Shown: one piece after another, positions 9,419 through 25,975 of the stretch
How positions within the stretch are numbered: the first letter of the stretch is position 1
Layout of the letters: every line of letters begins with the position of its first letter
DNA from: Alphaproteobacteria bacterium
GTDB lineage: Bacteria; Pseudomonadota; Alphaproteobacteria; UBA11136
DNA: 64,000 nt
Assembly: GCA_016776635.1 (NCBI GenBank)
Contig: JADHSZ010000001.1
Location: 35,064 to 99,063 of the forward strand
Reading direction: 5' to 3'
Translations under genes and position numbers: made by a program
Notes under the pieces: generated by a model
What the model saw: only the letters and a program-made list of their open reading frames with translations
Told to the model about the DNA's origin: nothing
Database searches by the model: none

Positions 9419-10818
9419 CATCGCCCGGCCATCCGCCCTCCGCCGTTGTCCCACCCCTTAAGGGTAAGCCCCTCAAGGCCAGAGAATTTTCCGCCCTGAT
9501 GAAGGCCCTCGGGCCGTTCGAGCCCGACCCATGCGTGGCTGTGGCCGTTTCCGGAGGCTGTGACAGCATGGCCCTGGCCCTGTTGGCCCATGACTGGGTA
9601 CAAGGACTGGGCGGCCGTTCCCTGGCCTTGACCGTGGATCACCGGCTGAGGCGGGAGTCCGGGGTCGAGGCCCGGCAGGCGGGAGGATGGCTGAAGGCGC
9701 GGGGGCTGACCCATCATATTCTTCCCTGGACCGGCGACAAACCAAAGCGGGGTATCCAGGCGGCGGCGCGCGAGGCGCGCTACGGGTTGCTTTTTGACTG
9801 GTGCCGCGGCCACGGCATTCTTCATCTTTTGCTGGCCCATCATCAGGAGGACCAGGCCGAGACATTTTTGATGCGGCTCGGCCGTGGCAGCGGCATTGAC
9901 GGTCTGGCGGGCATGGCGCCCTTGTCCGAAGTTCCCGCCCTGCGCCTGCTGCGCCCCCTGCTCGACGTACCCAAGGCGCGACTCGCCGCCACCTTGCGGT
10001 CCCGTGGTCAGGAATGGGCGGAGGATCCTTCCAACCGCGATCTTGCCTATGCCCGGGTGCGGATGCGCGCCCTGATTCCGGACCTTGCCCGTGAGGGACT
10101 CGGCGCGTCGCGGCTGGCCGCCACGGCGGGACTGATGGCGCGGGCGCGCCAGGCATTGGGAGAAGAGGTGGCGGAACTGTTGTCGCGGGCGGTGGAGATT
10201 TATCCTCAGGGCTATGTGCGGCTGGACCGGGCGGCGCTGGCGGCGGCGGAGACGGAAATCTCCCTGCGCGCTCTCTCAAGGATTCTCACCTGTGTGGGCG
10301 GAAGGGCCTATCCCCCGCGTTCGGAACGTCTGGCGAGACTCCATGGGGAACTCTTCTCGAAAAAAGAAAGCCGGGCCCGCACCCTTCACGGCTGCCGCCT
10401 GATTCCCGAAAAGACAAAAAAAGGCGGGGGCACCACCAAGACCATGTTTGTCTGCCGCGAGCCCGCTGCCGCCGGGGAGCGTCTGGCGTTGCGAGCGGGG
10501 ATGCGGGAGGTCTGGGACGGACGTTTCCTGTTCGAAACCGACAGGGCCGGGGAAACGGGCCGGGTCCGGACCGGCAAGACGAAACGGACGCCGGTTCTCG
10601 CCCGGCTCGGCCGCGAGGGCTGGTCCCGGATCGTGGGGCGGGCACCCGAATTGCGTGATTCAACGATTCCCTGGCCGGTGCGCCTTTCTCTGCCGGCGCT
10701 GTGGTGCGGAAAAAAAGTGGGGGCGGTGCCGCATCTGGATTATGTTGACGAAACCGTTATCCAGCCCGGATTCGGGCTCCGTCTGAAGGGCTTCTGTCCG
10801 GCCAATTCCCTTGCATAA
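9406..10818 (+). CDS. tilS: tRNA(Ile)-lysidine synthetase TilS
   Basis: PP-loop motif AVSGGCDSMAL and conserved cpoB-tilS-ftsH synteny. The true start may be the ATG at 9499. Confidence 0.85.
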   Translation: MRRVTSPGHPPSAVVPPLKGKPLKAREFSALMKALGPFEPDPCVAVAVSGGCDSMALALLAHDWVQGLGGRSLALTVDHRLRRESGVEARQAGGWLKARGLTHHILPWTGDKPKRGIQAAAREARYGLLFDWCRGHGILHLLLAHHQEDQAETFLMRLGRGSGIDGLAGMAPLSEVPALRLLRPLLDVPKARLAATLRSRGQEWAEDPSNRDLAYARVRMRALIPDLAREGLGASRLAATAGLMARARQALGEEVAELLSRAVEIYPQGYVRLDRAALAAAETEISLRALSRILTCVGGRAYPPRSERLARLHGELFSKKESRARTLHGCRLIPEKTKKGGGTTKTMFVCREPAAAGERLALRAGMREVWDGRFLFETDRAGETGRVRTGKTKRTPVLARLGREGWSRIVGRAPELRDSTIPWPVRLSLPALWCGKKVGAVPHLDYVDETVIQPGFGLRLKGFCPANSLA

Positions 10819-10928
10819 TCGGGGTTTTTGGAGTTGCGTAGGCGAAATTGCGCATTATCTGTTATCCTGAACCATAGAGCAGTGAAATAACGTCTCGCGG
10901 TGAATGCGGGCGCACAAGGAAAGACAAC

Positions 10929-12869
<1,941 letters not shown>

Positions 12870-12914
12870 GCTTTTCGTCCGGCTCTGGTGTGACGCCTCT
12901 ATGATGGTTCCCAC

Positions 12915-14036
<1,122 letters not shown>

Positions 14037-14137
14037 ATAAGAGGGAACGGGCTGGTGACGGAGGAAAACAATTTCCCCCCTGTGTGGAAGATGAATCTGG
14101 TATAACCCTTAACGGCAGCTTTTTTTTCGGGGCGCCC

Positions 14138-15484
14138 ATGACTCGTGACATCTTTGGCACCGACGGTATCCGCGGTACCGCCAATATAGAACCCATGACC
14201 GCCGCCACCGCTCTGCGCGTGGCTATGGCTACGGGTCACCGATTCCTGCGCGGGGATCACCGCCATCTTGTGGTCATCGGCAAGGACACGCGGCTTTCGG
14301 GCTATATGCTGGAACCGGCCATGACCGCGGGCTTTATCTCCATGGGTATGGACGTGGTGCTGGTGGGGCCGTTACCCACCCCGGCGGTGGCCATGTTGAC
14401 GCGGAGCCTGCGTGCCGATCTCGGCGTGGTGCTGTCGGCCTCCCACAACCCCTACCAGGATAACGGCATCAAGCTGTTTGGCCCCGAAGGCTACAAGCTC
14501 TCCGATACGGTGGAGCGCGAGATCGAAGAGCGCATGGATAACGGGGTGGAAGAGCACCTTGCCGCATCCGGCCAGCTGGGCAAGGCCATGCGCCTCGACG
14601 ATGCCCAGGGCCGTTATATCGAATATGTGAAGAACACCTTTCCCAAGGGACTGCGCCTGGACGGCATGAAGGTGGTCATCGACTGTGCCCACGGCGCCGC
14701 ATACCGGGTGGCGCCGCTGGTGCTCTGGGAACTGGGCGCCGAGGTGATTCCCATGGGAACCCAGCCTGACGGCTTTAACATCAACCACGACTGTGGCGCC
14801 ACGGAGCCCCAGGCCATGTGCGCCAAGGTGGTGGATAGCAAGGCGGATATTGGTATTGCGCTCGATGGCGACGCCGACCGCCTGATTATCTCCGACGAGA
14901 AAGGCAAGGTCATTGACGGCGACCAGATCATGGCCTTGGTGGCCATGGACTGGAAGAATGCCGGCCATCTCAGGGGCGACGCCCTGGTGGCCACCGTCAT
15001 GTCCAATATGGGGCTGGAGCGCTATCTGGCCAGTCTCGATCTGGGGCTGGTGCGGGCTCAGGTGGGCGACCGTTATGTGGTGGAAACCATGCGCAGCGGC
15101 GGCCACAATGTGGGCGGCGAACAGTCGGGGCATATTATACTCAGCGACTACAGCACCACCGGGGACGGTCTCATCGCCGCCCTCCAGGTGCTTTCCGTTC
15201 TCGTCAAGACAGGCCGCCCCGCAAGCGAGGTGGCGCGCTGTTTTGATCCCTTCCCCCAGATGCTGCGCTCGGTCAGTTTCAACGGCACGGAGCCGCTGGA
15301 AAACAGCGAGGTCAAGGCAGCCATCGCCGAAGGCGAGGCGAAGTTGGCCGGTAACGGCCGGCTCGTCATCCGCAAGTCGGGGACCGAGCCCCTCGTCCGG
15401 GTCATGGCCGAAGCCGAGGACGAAGCTGTTGTCGGTGGCGTGGTGAACCGCATCGTCGAGGTCATCGAACGGGTGTCGGGTTAG
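14138..15484 (+). CDS. glmM: Phosphoglucosamine mutase GlmM
   Basis: [14 protein letters not shown]-terminus and the active-site phosphoserine loop SASHNP. It lies downstream of folP. Confidence 0.95.
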   Translation: MTRDIFGTDGIRGTANIEPMTAATALRVAMATGHRFLRGDHRHLVVIGKDTRLSGYMLEPAMTAGFISMGMDVVLVGPLPTPAVAMLTRSLRADLGVVLSASHNPYQDNGIKLFGPEGYKLSDTVEREIEERMDNGVEEHLAASGQLGKAMRLDDAQGRYIEYVKNTFPKGLRLDGMKVVIDCAHGAAYRVAPLVLWELGAEVIPMGTQPDGFNINHDCGATEPQAMCAKVVDSKADIGIALDGDADRLIISDEKGKVIDGDQIMALVAMDWKNAGHLRGDALVATVMSNMGLERYLASLDLGLVRAQVGDRYVVETMRSGGHNVGGEQSGHIILSDYSTTGDGLIAALQVLSVLVKTGRPASEVARCFDPFPQMLRSVSFNGTEPLENSEVKAAIAEGEAKLAGNGRLVIRKSGTEPLVRVMAEAEDEAVVGGVVNRIVEVIERVSG

Positions 15485-15489
15485 CTGTC

Positions 15490-16302
15490 ATGAGCGACAT
15501 CAGAGGCCGCGTTCTTATCGTCGCCGGGAGTGACTCCGGCGGTGGGGCGGGGATTCAGGGAGACATCAAGACGGTAACGGCACTGGGTGGCTATGCGGCC
15601 ACGGCGGTGACGGCTCTTACCGCCCAGAATACCGAGGGCGTGGCCGAAATTCAGCCCGTGGACGCCGGTTTCGTGGCCCGCCAGATGCGCCTGGTTCTCG
15701 ACGATATCGGCGCCGACTGCATCAAGCTGGGCATGCTGTACAGCGCCGAAACCATTGCCGCGGTGTGCGATGTCATAGAGGAAGCGGGGCAAGGCATTCC
15801 CCTGGTGGTGGACCCGGTGATGGCGGCCAAGGACGGACGCCCCCTGTTGGAAGACGCGGCCCTGGATATGCTGAAACAACGGCTGATTCCTCTTACCACC
15901 CTATTCATGCCCAACATTCCCGAAGCCGAGATCCTCACTGGCATGACCCTGCGCGATGTGGATCACATGCGTCACGCCGCGAGTATGCTGATTACACTGG
16001 GAGCCCGGGTGGTGATGCTAAAGGGTGGTCATATGGGAGGCGATGTTCTGACCGACCTGTTGCGCTGGGACGGCGGTGAAGAGGTATTCGAGGACCAGAG
16101 GCTGGACCGTTCCGATACCCATGGCACCGGATGCGCCCTGGCTTCGGCCGTGGCCGTGGGGCTGGCCCAGGGCATGGGGATCCATGCCGCCGTAGTGCGC
16201 GCGCGTAATTACCTGAGAGAAGCCATCCGCACCGCCCCCGATTTGGGTCATGGCCAGGGTCCGCTCAACCACGTCCACAATATCCCGTACTATACGGGGT
16301 AA
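15490..16302 (+). CDS. thiD: Hydroxymethylpyrimidine/phosphomethylpyrimidine kinase ThiD
   Basis: Ribokinase-like fold with VLIVAGSDSGGGAGIQGDIKT and a GTGCALASAVA anion hole. Confidence 0.9.
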   Translation: MSDIRGRVLIVAGSDSGGGAGIQGDIKTVTALGGYAATAVTALTAQNTEGVAEIQPVDAGFVARQMRLVLDDIGADCIKLGMLYSAETIAAVCDVIEEAGQGIPLVVDPVMAAKDGRPLLEDAALDMLKQRLIPLTTLFMPNIPEAEILTGMTLRDVDHMRHAASMLITLGARVVMLKGGHMGGDVLTDLLRWDGGEEVFEDQRLDRSDTHGTGCALASAVAVGLAQGMGIHAAVVRARNYLREAIRTAPDLGHGQGPLNHVHNIPYYTG

Positions 16303-16350
16303 TTTTGAAGCCTCAGGGCTTCCCAGCCGGAGAGTATTCCGCCTTGCCGC

Positions 16351-16749
16351 CTAGAAGGTGCCGTAAGCAGCCTGGGTCAGGGCAATCCCGAAGAGGAGGG
16401 CAATCAGGCCGCCAACGCGGAGATTTTTTTCGTTGCGGGTGAGGGCGCCGGAAAATTTTTCGAACATATCCGGGCGGATAATGAGAAAGGCCCCCTTGGC
16501 CGTGGCCAGCCAGCCTATGACACCGACGATAATGTTGAGCGCGCCCTGCCATTCATCATGAAGGGCGAGGATCACCAGTCCAAACAGCAGGGCCATAATA
16601 CCGCCGGTATAACAAAGGGCGGGGCTGGCGAAAAATTCCGCGGCCATGTCACGGTATGCCCCGGGCCGGAAGAACATGCTGAGTCCGACAACCAGATAGA
16701 ACACGCCCAGAAGATGAGCGATGGTTTCCACGGTGGACATGGTTTCCAT
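16351..16749 (-). CDS. Small 4-TM membrane protein of unknown function, apparently co-transcribed with thiC
   Basis: 132 aa with four hydrophobic segments. It begins 22 bp after the thiC stop on the same strand. No family confidently recognised. Confidence 0.5.
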   Translation of the reverse strand: METMSTVETIAHLLGVFYLVVGLSMFFRPGAYRDMAAEFFASPALCYTGGIMALLFGLVILALHDEWQGALNIIVGVIGWLATAKGAFLIIRPDMFEKFSGALTRNEKNLRVGGLIALLFGIALTQAAYGTF

Positions 16750-16771
16750 GATTTCCTCCGGTGTTTAGTCC

Positions 16772-18640
<1,869 letters not shown>

Positions 18641-18699
18641 CTACATCAGGAGATCCGGAAAGCGTCGGGATGGTATGGAGGCGAAGCTGCGATGCGCCG

Positions 18700-18830
18700 G
18701 TCTGTTCCATTCCCTACGCCGGTATAAACCGGATCAGGTTCAAAGGGTTATCTCGCGGATGGTCGTTAAAAGGCAGCACCGGCGATATCTCAGCCCCGCG
18801 ATGGGTGGGGCACCCCTAGAAACAGGACCA
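18700..18830 (-). promoter_or_regulatory. TPP (THI-box) riboswitch in the thiC leader
   Basis: The minus-strand sequence reads ..ctaggggtgcccc..ggggctgagata..accctttgaacctgatccggtttataccggcgtagggaa.. These are the conserved GGGGUGCCC, CUGAGA and ACCCUUUGAACCUGAUCCGGUUAAUACCGGCGUAGGGA elements of the THI element, 85-215 nt upstream of thiC. Confidence 0.85.
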
Positions 18831-19222
18831 TGCTGTTACATGCGGGTCGCCGGGTCAAGCCTCTCGGGATTGCTGGCTCGTGGCTCTTATGGTTATTGGC
18901 TCAAGGCTGTTTGGTCTCTAGCTCAAGGCTACCTTTAAACACAATTAAATTGTTATTATTTTTTTATAACAAATTATATAAGGAAAATACTTGCGTCCGA
19001 CGCTCTGATGCCTTATTTCCACCGGTTCCGGACCACAGGAGTCCGGGAGGGGAGACAGGATGTTACGTGAAAAATTGCTTCTGTTGATTCATCGGATTGC
19101 AATGCGGCTATCGCCGGGGCTGGTCCGGTGGTAGTCTGTCTCCTCCTGTCGGAAACGCCGTTCCGGCATGCCTTTTCCCCCACATTTCAACTGTATCCTG
19201 GGAACCAAACCGTCGAGTCGTC

Positions 19223-21073
19223 ATGTTTGCCATAGACCCTGATATACAAATCTGGATGACGCTGTTTTTCGTCGTCGGGGCCATCGGCCTCTACATGGTA
19301 GAGAAACTGCCCATGGAATACGTCTCCATCGCGTTGATGGGGGTGTTACTCCTGTTCTTCCAGATTTTCCCGGTGCTGGGCCCTGATGGCCGTAATCTTC
19401 TTGATGCGGCACGGATACTTGAGGGCTTCGCCAATCCGGCGCTGATCGCGGTGCTGGCGCTTCTGGTGGTGGGCCAGGGGATGGTGAATACGCGGGCGCT
19501 GACCCATGTGGTCCAGTCGGTTTTCCTGCTTGGCGGGACACAGCCTGCGCTGACCCGGATTCTGGCCCTGATCTTCGTTCTCGTCATCAGCGCCTTTCTC
19601 AACAACACGCCGGTTGTGGTGATCTTCATTCCTATCATGCAGGCCCTGTCGGACCGTCTCGGCGCGTCGGCCAGTTCGGTGATGATGCCCCTGTCTTTTG
19701 CGGCGATTCTTGGCGGGATGACCACCCTGATCGGGTCGAGCACCAATCTTCTGGTTTCCAGTTCCCTGATCGAGCTGGGGGAAACCCCTTTTACTTTCTT
19801 TGAATTCACCCTGCCGGGTCTCTTCCTGGCCTCGGTGGGGCTGGTCTATGTGCTGTTCGTGGCGCCGCGGATTCTGCCGGACCGGGCCACACTGGCAAAT
19901 ACGCTGATCGGTGAAGGCGGCAAACAATTCATTGCCCAGATCACTGTTCTTGAGGATTCAAAACTGGTGGGAGAAGAATCCGCCGCCGGTATTTTCCCCA
20001 GCTTGCGCGATATGACGGTGCGCCTGATTCTGCGCGGCGAGCACGCCGAACTGCCGCCCTTTGACGGCTTTGCTCTGCGCCCGGGAGACGTTCTGGTGGT
20101 GGCGGCCACGCGCAAGGCCCTGACCGATGCCCTGGGGCGCGGCGCTGGGGTGATGCATACGGAATTCAGGGCCCCCGATGACGAGGAGGAGGCCAAAGAG
20201 CTTGGCCTCGGTGAAGGTGATCAGGTTCTCGCCGAGGTGATGGTGACGCCGGCTTCGAGGCTGATCGGCCAGAACCTCGAACAGATCGGCTTCCGCTACA
20301 AGTTCAGCAGTATCGTGCTTGGCCTGCAACGGCGCTCACGCATGATCCGCACGCGCATGACCGAGATTCCTCTCGAAGCAGGCGATGTGCTGTTGGTCCA
20401 GGGTGGTTCCGAAGCCGTCCAGGCCCTGCGCGGCCATCGCGATCTTCTGCCGATGGAATGGTCGGCGATGGAACTGCCCGCGCCCAATCTGGCGCGCCGC
20501 GCCAATCTGATTTTTCTGGGTGTGGTCGGTCTGGCCGCGACCGGCACTCTTCCGATCGTGGTTTCCGCGTTGCTTGGCGCCGCAGTGATGATTTTCACCG
20601 GCGTACTCAATATCCGCCAGGCGGCTCGCGCCGTGGACCGCAATCTGGTGCTCATGGTGGCTACGGCCTTGGCCTTGGGAAGCGCCATGCAGGAAACCGG
20701 CGCCGCGGCATTTATCGCCGACAACATCATCGGGTTTTTGGGGCTCTCCCACCCGGCGGTGGTGCTGTCGGTCTTTTTCCTGATGGTAGCCGTTATCTCC
20801 AACGTCATCAGCAACAATGCCTGTGCTGTTCTTTTCACGCCGATTGCCGTGGGGATTGCGGTTGGACTTGGCGTGGATCCGAAAATTTTTGCCGTGGCCG
20901 TGGTGTTCGCCGCCAACTGTTCATTCGCTACGCCGGTGGGCTACCAGACCAACCTTCTCGTCATGGGGCCGGGCCATTACCGTTTTTCCGATTTCGTGCG
21001 CGCAGGATTCCCGCTGACCGTGATCCTGTGGCTGGTGTTTTCCTTCTTCGCCCCCTGGTACTATGGTTTGTAG
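19223..21073 (+). CDS. DASS/SLC13-family (CitT/YfbS-like) anion transporter with two internal TrkA-C (RCK C-terminal) domains
   Basis: About 12 TM segments are split by a soluble central region of about 200 aa with two TrkA-C-like repeats (..LVGEESAAGIFPSLRD.. and ..LIGQNLEQIGFRYKF..). An internal duplication of the permease halves is present. Confidence 0.75.
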   Translation: MFAIDPDIQIWMTLFFVVGAIGLYMVEKLPMEYVSIALMGVLLLFFQIFPVLGPDGRNLLDAARILEGFANPALIAVLALLVVGQGMVNTRALTHVVQSVFLLGGTQPALTRILALIFVLVISAFLNNTPVVVIFIPIMQALSDRLGASASSVMMPLSFAAILGGMTTLIGSSTNLLVSSSLIELGETPFTFFEFTLPGLFLASVGLVYVLFVAPRILPDRATLANTLIGEGGKQFIAQITVLEDSKLVGEESAAGIFPSLRDMTVRLILRGEHAELPPFDGFALRPGDVLVVAATRKALTDALGRGAGVMHTEFRAPDDEEEAKELGLGEGDQVLAEVMVTPASRLIGQNLEQIGFRYKFSSIVLGLQRRSRMIRTRMTEIPLEAGDVLLVQGGSEAVQALRGHRDLLPMEWSAMELPAPNLARRANLIFLGVVGLAATGTLPIVVSALLGAAVMIFTGVLNIRQAARAVDRNLVLMVATALALGSAMQETGAAAFIADNIIGFLGLSHPAVVLSVFFLMVAVISNVISNNACAVLFTPIAVGIAVGLGVDPKIFAVAVVFAANCSFATPVGYQTNLLVMGPGHYRFSDFVRAGFPLTVILWLVFSFFAPWYYGL

Positions 21074-21234
21074 GCGGGGCTCCGCCCAAGGCGTCCGCCG
21101 CACAGCCGGTGCTTTCCGTTTGCCGTATGGCGTCAAAAGGAGTACTTAACCAGCGCTTGTCCGGAACGCGTTTCCCGTCTCGGGGGACAAAGGCGGCTCC
21201 GTCCATGTAGTGCCAACGGAAACTTGTCAGGTCC

Positions 21235-22404
21235 ATGAACGAACTTCCCAACAAAGGTCTTTTGCCGGAAGGTCTGCGCGATGTACTGCCGCCGGATGCC
21301 GCCTTCGAAGCCGAGGTGACGAGCGGCCTCATGGCTTGTTTCGCCGGCCATGGCTACGAGCGCGTCAAACCGCCCCTCATCGAATTCGAGAAAAGCCTCC
21401 TTTCCGGCGTGGGCGAGGCCACGGCGCGCGACACCTTTCGCCTGATGGACCCGGTTTCACAACATATGATGGGCGTACGGCCGGACATGACGGTCCAGGT
21501 GGCGCGTATTGCCGCCACCCGCCTTAGCCAGGCGCCACGGCCCCTGCGTCTGTGTTACGCGGGGCAGGTGTTGCGTGCCCGGGGCAATCAGATTCAGCCC
21601 GAACGTCAACTCGGACAGGCCGGGGCGGAACTGATAGGTTCCCCTGCGGCTGCGGCGGATGTGGAGGTGGTGCGTCTGGCCGTGGAAGCTTTGGACGGTG
21701 TCGGTATCGAAGAAATTACGGTGGACCTCAACATGCCGACGCTGATTGCGGCGTTGATGGATGATCTCGAACTGGATGAGGCCGCCGCCGATGCCTTGCG
21801 CGCTGCGCTGGACCGCAAGGATGCCGCCGCCGTAGCGGCGGCGGGCGGTGAAGCGGCGGAGATATTGCAGCATCTCCTCGGCGTTGCGGGGCCTGCTGAC
21901 AATGCCCTGGCGGCAATCGAGAATCTGGCGCTTCCCGCTGGTGCGGCGCGGGAACGTGACGCATTGCTGGAGACGGCCCGCCTGATCGCCGGGGAACTTT
22001 CCGATATACGGTTGACGGTGGACCCGGTGGAGACCCGCGGGTTCGAATACCATTGCGGCGTTACCTTTACTTTATTCGCCCGCAGCGAACGCGGGGAACT
22101 GGGCTGGGGCGGCCGCTATACGGTTGATCGCGGGGATGGCGGTAAGGATGTGGCAGAACCGGCGACAGGATTCACCCTGTTCATGGGCGCTGTTATGGGC
22201 GCGTTGCCTGGGCCGCAGCCCGCCAATCGTGTCTATCTTCCCTTCGGGACTCCGCCCGCGACCACCGCCGGACTTCGGGGCGAGGGCTGGGTCGTGGTCG
22301 GAGGGCTGGAGGAAGTGGCGGATATATGTACCGAGGCGCAGCGGATGAATTGTCCCTATGTTCTTCAGGACGATGATGTGGTGGCCGTGGACAAGCTGTC
22401 CTGA
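21235..22404 (+). CDS. hisZ: ATP phosphoribosyltransferase regulatory subunit HisZ
   Basis: Class II aaRS-like (HisRS paralogue) fold without an anticodon-binding domain. Motifs GLRD..PPLIEFE..FRLMD match HisZ. It lies immediately upstream of purA, as in many alphaproteobacteria. Confidence 0.8.
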   Translation: MNELPNKGLLPEGLRDVLPPDAAFEAEVTSGLMACFAGHGYERVKPPLIEFEKSLLSGVGEATARDTFRLMDPVSQHMMGVRPDMTVQVARIAATRLSQAPRPLRLCYAGQVLRARGNQIQPERQLGQAGAELIGSPAAAADVEVVRLAVEALDGVGIEEITVDLNMPTLIAALMDDLELDEAAADALRAALDRKDAAAVAAAGGEAAEILQHLLGVAGPADNALAAIENLALPAGAARERDALLETARLIAGELSDIRLTVDPVETRGFEYHCGVTFTLFARSERGELGWGGRYTVDRGDGGKDVAEPATGFTLFMGAVMGALPGPQPANRVYLPFGTPPATTAGLRGEGWVVVGGLEEVADICTEAQRMNCPYVLQDDDVVAVDKLS

Positions 22405-22438
22405 CGACGGCTCGTTACGGATTTTTTCAATCGATTAA

Positions 22439-23740
<1,302 letters not shown>

Positions 23741-23935
23741 TCGTCTCGCGGTCTGCCCTGGTATATGGGGGCATGATGGGATGCTGCCACGTTCAGTGAA
23801 TGGGCTCATTTTCTTTCCACTTTGGCGGTAACGTCATAAAATGCACCGTGGCGGAACATATATAACATTCGGGTAGAGACAACTTGGGTAAAGCTCTGGC
23901 ATTCTCTGGTCTGGTAAGAGGAGACAACTGCTCCC

Positions 23936-25960
23936 ATGTCGGCTGAAGAACTTATTGCTGGTGAGTCGGGTCAGGGCGGCATTGAAGTCGAGGGTCGCTT
24001 CATCCTCTTCCCCAACAAGCCGCTGCCGGAATTGGATTCGCCTTCTTCCAGGGCCTATCAGGTTCAGGATCTTCAGGATTCGGACGGAAAACGTCCCCTG
24101 TTTGTGCTTGTTTCCGATCATCCTTTCCCCCCGCGCCTGGATTCCCTCCTCGCCATGCGCAATATGGAGCATCCCAATCTGTTGAGGCCCATATTCTGGC
24201 AGGTGGTTTTTTGGCCGCCGCTGGAGCGAGGGGCTTTCACCGCGATTTTCGAGAAGCCTCAGGGCGGGAAGCTGATGGACTCCCTGACTTCGGTCATCAA
24301 GCCGGTTCACGAGGAAGGTCTGGTGGAGACCTATATCACTCCGCTTGTGGGGGTGCTGAAGGAATACAACGCCCGTGGCTTATCACACCGTTGTATTCGT
24401 CCCGACAATCTGTTTTTTGCCGACAAGGAACGTAATCATGTGCTTCTCGGCGAAGGGTTCATGGTGCCGCCGGGATATGTCCAGAACGTCATGTTCGAGA
24501 CCATCGAAAATGGCATGTGTCATCCCTTGGGGAGGAGCACGGGCGCTGTCGATGAGGATTTTTACGCCCTTGGCGTGACGTTGCTTTTTCTGGTTTCCGG
24601 TCGTGCTCCGGCGGTGGGGACGGATGATGATATACTGATAATCAATAAGATCGAACAAAGCAGCTATGCGGCTTTGGCGCGAAAAGAGCGGGTTCCAAAA
24701 TCGGTTAAGGAATTCCTGCGCGGCGTCATTTCAGATGATCCCGTAGACAGCTGGTCTCTGGAAGATATTGCCTTTTGGCTCGATGGCCGCCGCGTCAGTC
24801 CCCAGCAGCCCGTTATGCCACCGCGCGCCAACCGCCCCATCAAGATCGCCGGAAAAGATTATTTTACGGGACGTTCTCTGGCCCACGGTTTGTTCCGGAA
24901 CTGGGACGTAGCGCTTAAAGTTATCCAGGAAACAGACTTGGAAACCTGGGCTATGCGAAGCGTCGGTGACGACGTTCTGGCCACGGCCATATCCACTGTC
25001 ATGGCCAGGGCAGCTCTGGCGGAAGGGGGTGAGACGTCGGAAATGGCGATCTCTTGGCTATGCATGGTTATGGACCCTAAAGGACCGGTGCGGTATCGGA
25101 CTTTCGCAGCCATGATTGATGGTTTTGGCCGTTACATGATGCAGGCACACAAGGATGAGGCCGAGGCAAAACTTTTCACCGATATTGTTTTCAGCGAGCT
25201 GCCCGTCATGTGGATTCATAACCGGTATGGCGATGATACGGAGGGGGCGCCTTTCCTCAGGGGGATCGAGCGGCTGCGTTACCTCCTTAAACAGACCACC
25301 TACGGATTTGGGTTCGAACGCTGTCTTTACGAGCTTAATCCCTCCATGCCCTGTGGCAGCCCGCTGATAGCCGATTTTTATGTAGAGGAGCCCAATGATC
25401 TTCTGCCGGCCCTGGAAAAGGTTCCGCCCGAGCTCCAGGAAAAAACACTGCCCATGGACCGCCATATTGCGGCTTTTATAGCCGGTCGTTTCAAACATGA
25501 TACCGATTCCATGCTCAAGGATCTTTCCAACAGAGGAGATCCCAACATGGTGGTGCTGGCTACATTGAGGATGTTTGCCGTGATGCAGTGGAAAATGGGG
25601 CCGAACAAGCTGCCGGCCATATCACAATGGATCGGCCGTTTTCTGGGCCCCATCATGAACAACTACCATAATCTGAAGACACGGGAGATGATCCAGGAGT
25701 TTCTGCCCCAGATGATTAAAAAGGGAAGTCTGGTGGAAATTCTCAATCTTCTGGACGACCCGGCAAGGCGACAGGGGGATGCTAATGGCTATTGGCATGC
25801 CGTGGATGAATACGCGGCGGCGAAAGTAGAGGTTGAGATGCTGACGATGGAAATGGAAACCCAAGGGCCACGGACCATCCTTGCCGGTCACCGCATCTCG
25901 GCCATGGTTGCTTTTTTTATCGCGGTTCTGATTATCGCCACCATGGCGGTAACTTTATAA
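23936..25960 (+). CDS. Membrane-anchored protein-kinase-like protein, predicted pseudokinase (Hanks-type fold with degenerate catalytic motifs; C-terminal TM helix)
   Basis: Subdomain VIb-like GLSHRCIRPDNLFF (HRD becomes HRC). The DFG position reads LGEGF (Asp lost). Subdomain IX-like DFYALGVTLLFLVSG is present and there is no Gly-rich loop. The C-terminal hydrophobic segment is ISAMVAFFIAVLIIATMAV. Good RBS aagaggag. Confidence 0.6.
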   Translation: MSAEELIAGESGQGGIEVEGRFILFPNKPLPELDSPSSRAYQVQDLQDSDGKRPLFVLVSDHPFPPRLDSLLAMRNMEHPNLLRPIFWQVVFWPPLERGAFTAIFEKPQGGKLMDSLTSVIKPVHEEGLVETYITPLVGVLKEYNARGLSHRCIRPDNLFFADKERNHVLLGEGFMVPPGYVQNVMFETIENGMCHPLGRSTGAVDEDFYALGVTLLFLVSGRAPAVGTDDDILIINKIEQSSYAALARKERVPKSVKEFLRGVISDDPVDSWSLEDIAFWLDGRRVSPQQPVMPPRANRPIKIAGKDYFTGRSLAHGLFRNWDVALKVIQETDLETWAMRSVGDDVLATAISTVMARAALAEGGETSEMAISWLCMVMDPKGPVRYRTFAAMIDGFGRYMMQAHKDEAEAKLFTDIVFSELPVMWIHNRYGDDTEGAPFLRGIERLRYLLKQTTYGFGFERCLYELNPSMPCGSPLIADFYVEEPNDLLPALEKVPPELQEKTLPMDRHIAAFIAGRFKHDTDSMLKDLSNRGDPNMVVLATLRMFAVMQWKMGPNKLPAISQWIGRFLGPIMNNYHNLKTREMIQEFLPQMIKKGSLVEILNLLDDPARRQGDANGYWHAVDEYAAAKVEVEMLTMEMETQGPRTILAGHRISAMVAFFIAVLIIATMAVTL

Positions 25961-25975
25961 ACCCGGAGGATGTGA

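Noticed and set aside
9473-10279. 268-aa Pro/Arg-rich minus-strand ORF, with neighbours 9226-9843 and 10286-10663
   Set aside because: Antisense to tilS and cpoB. The composition is low-complexity P/R/G typical of reverse-frame reading of high-GC coding DNA.
19221-21210. Multiple long antisense and alternate-frame ORFs over the transporter gene (19346-19927, 20296-20916, 20458-21210)
   Set aside because: The transporter reading frame has coherent TM periodicity and TrkA-C repeats. The alternatives are Arg/His-rich antisense frames.
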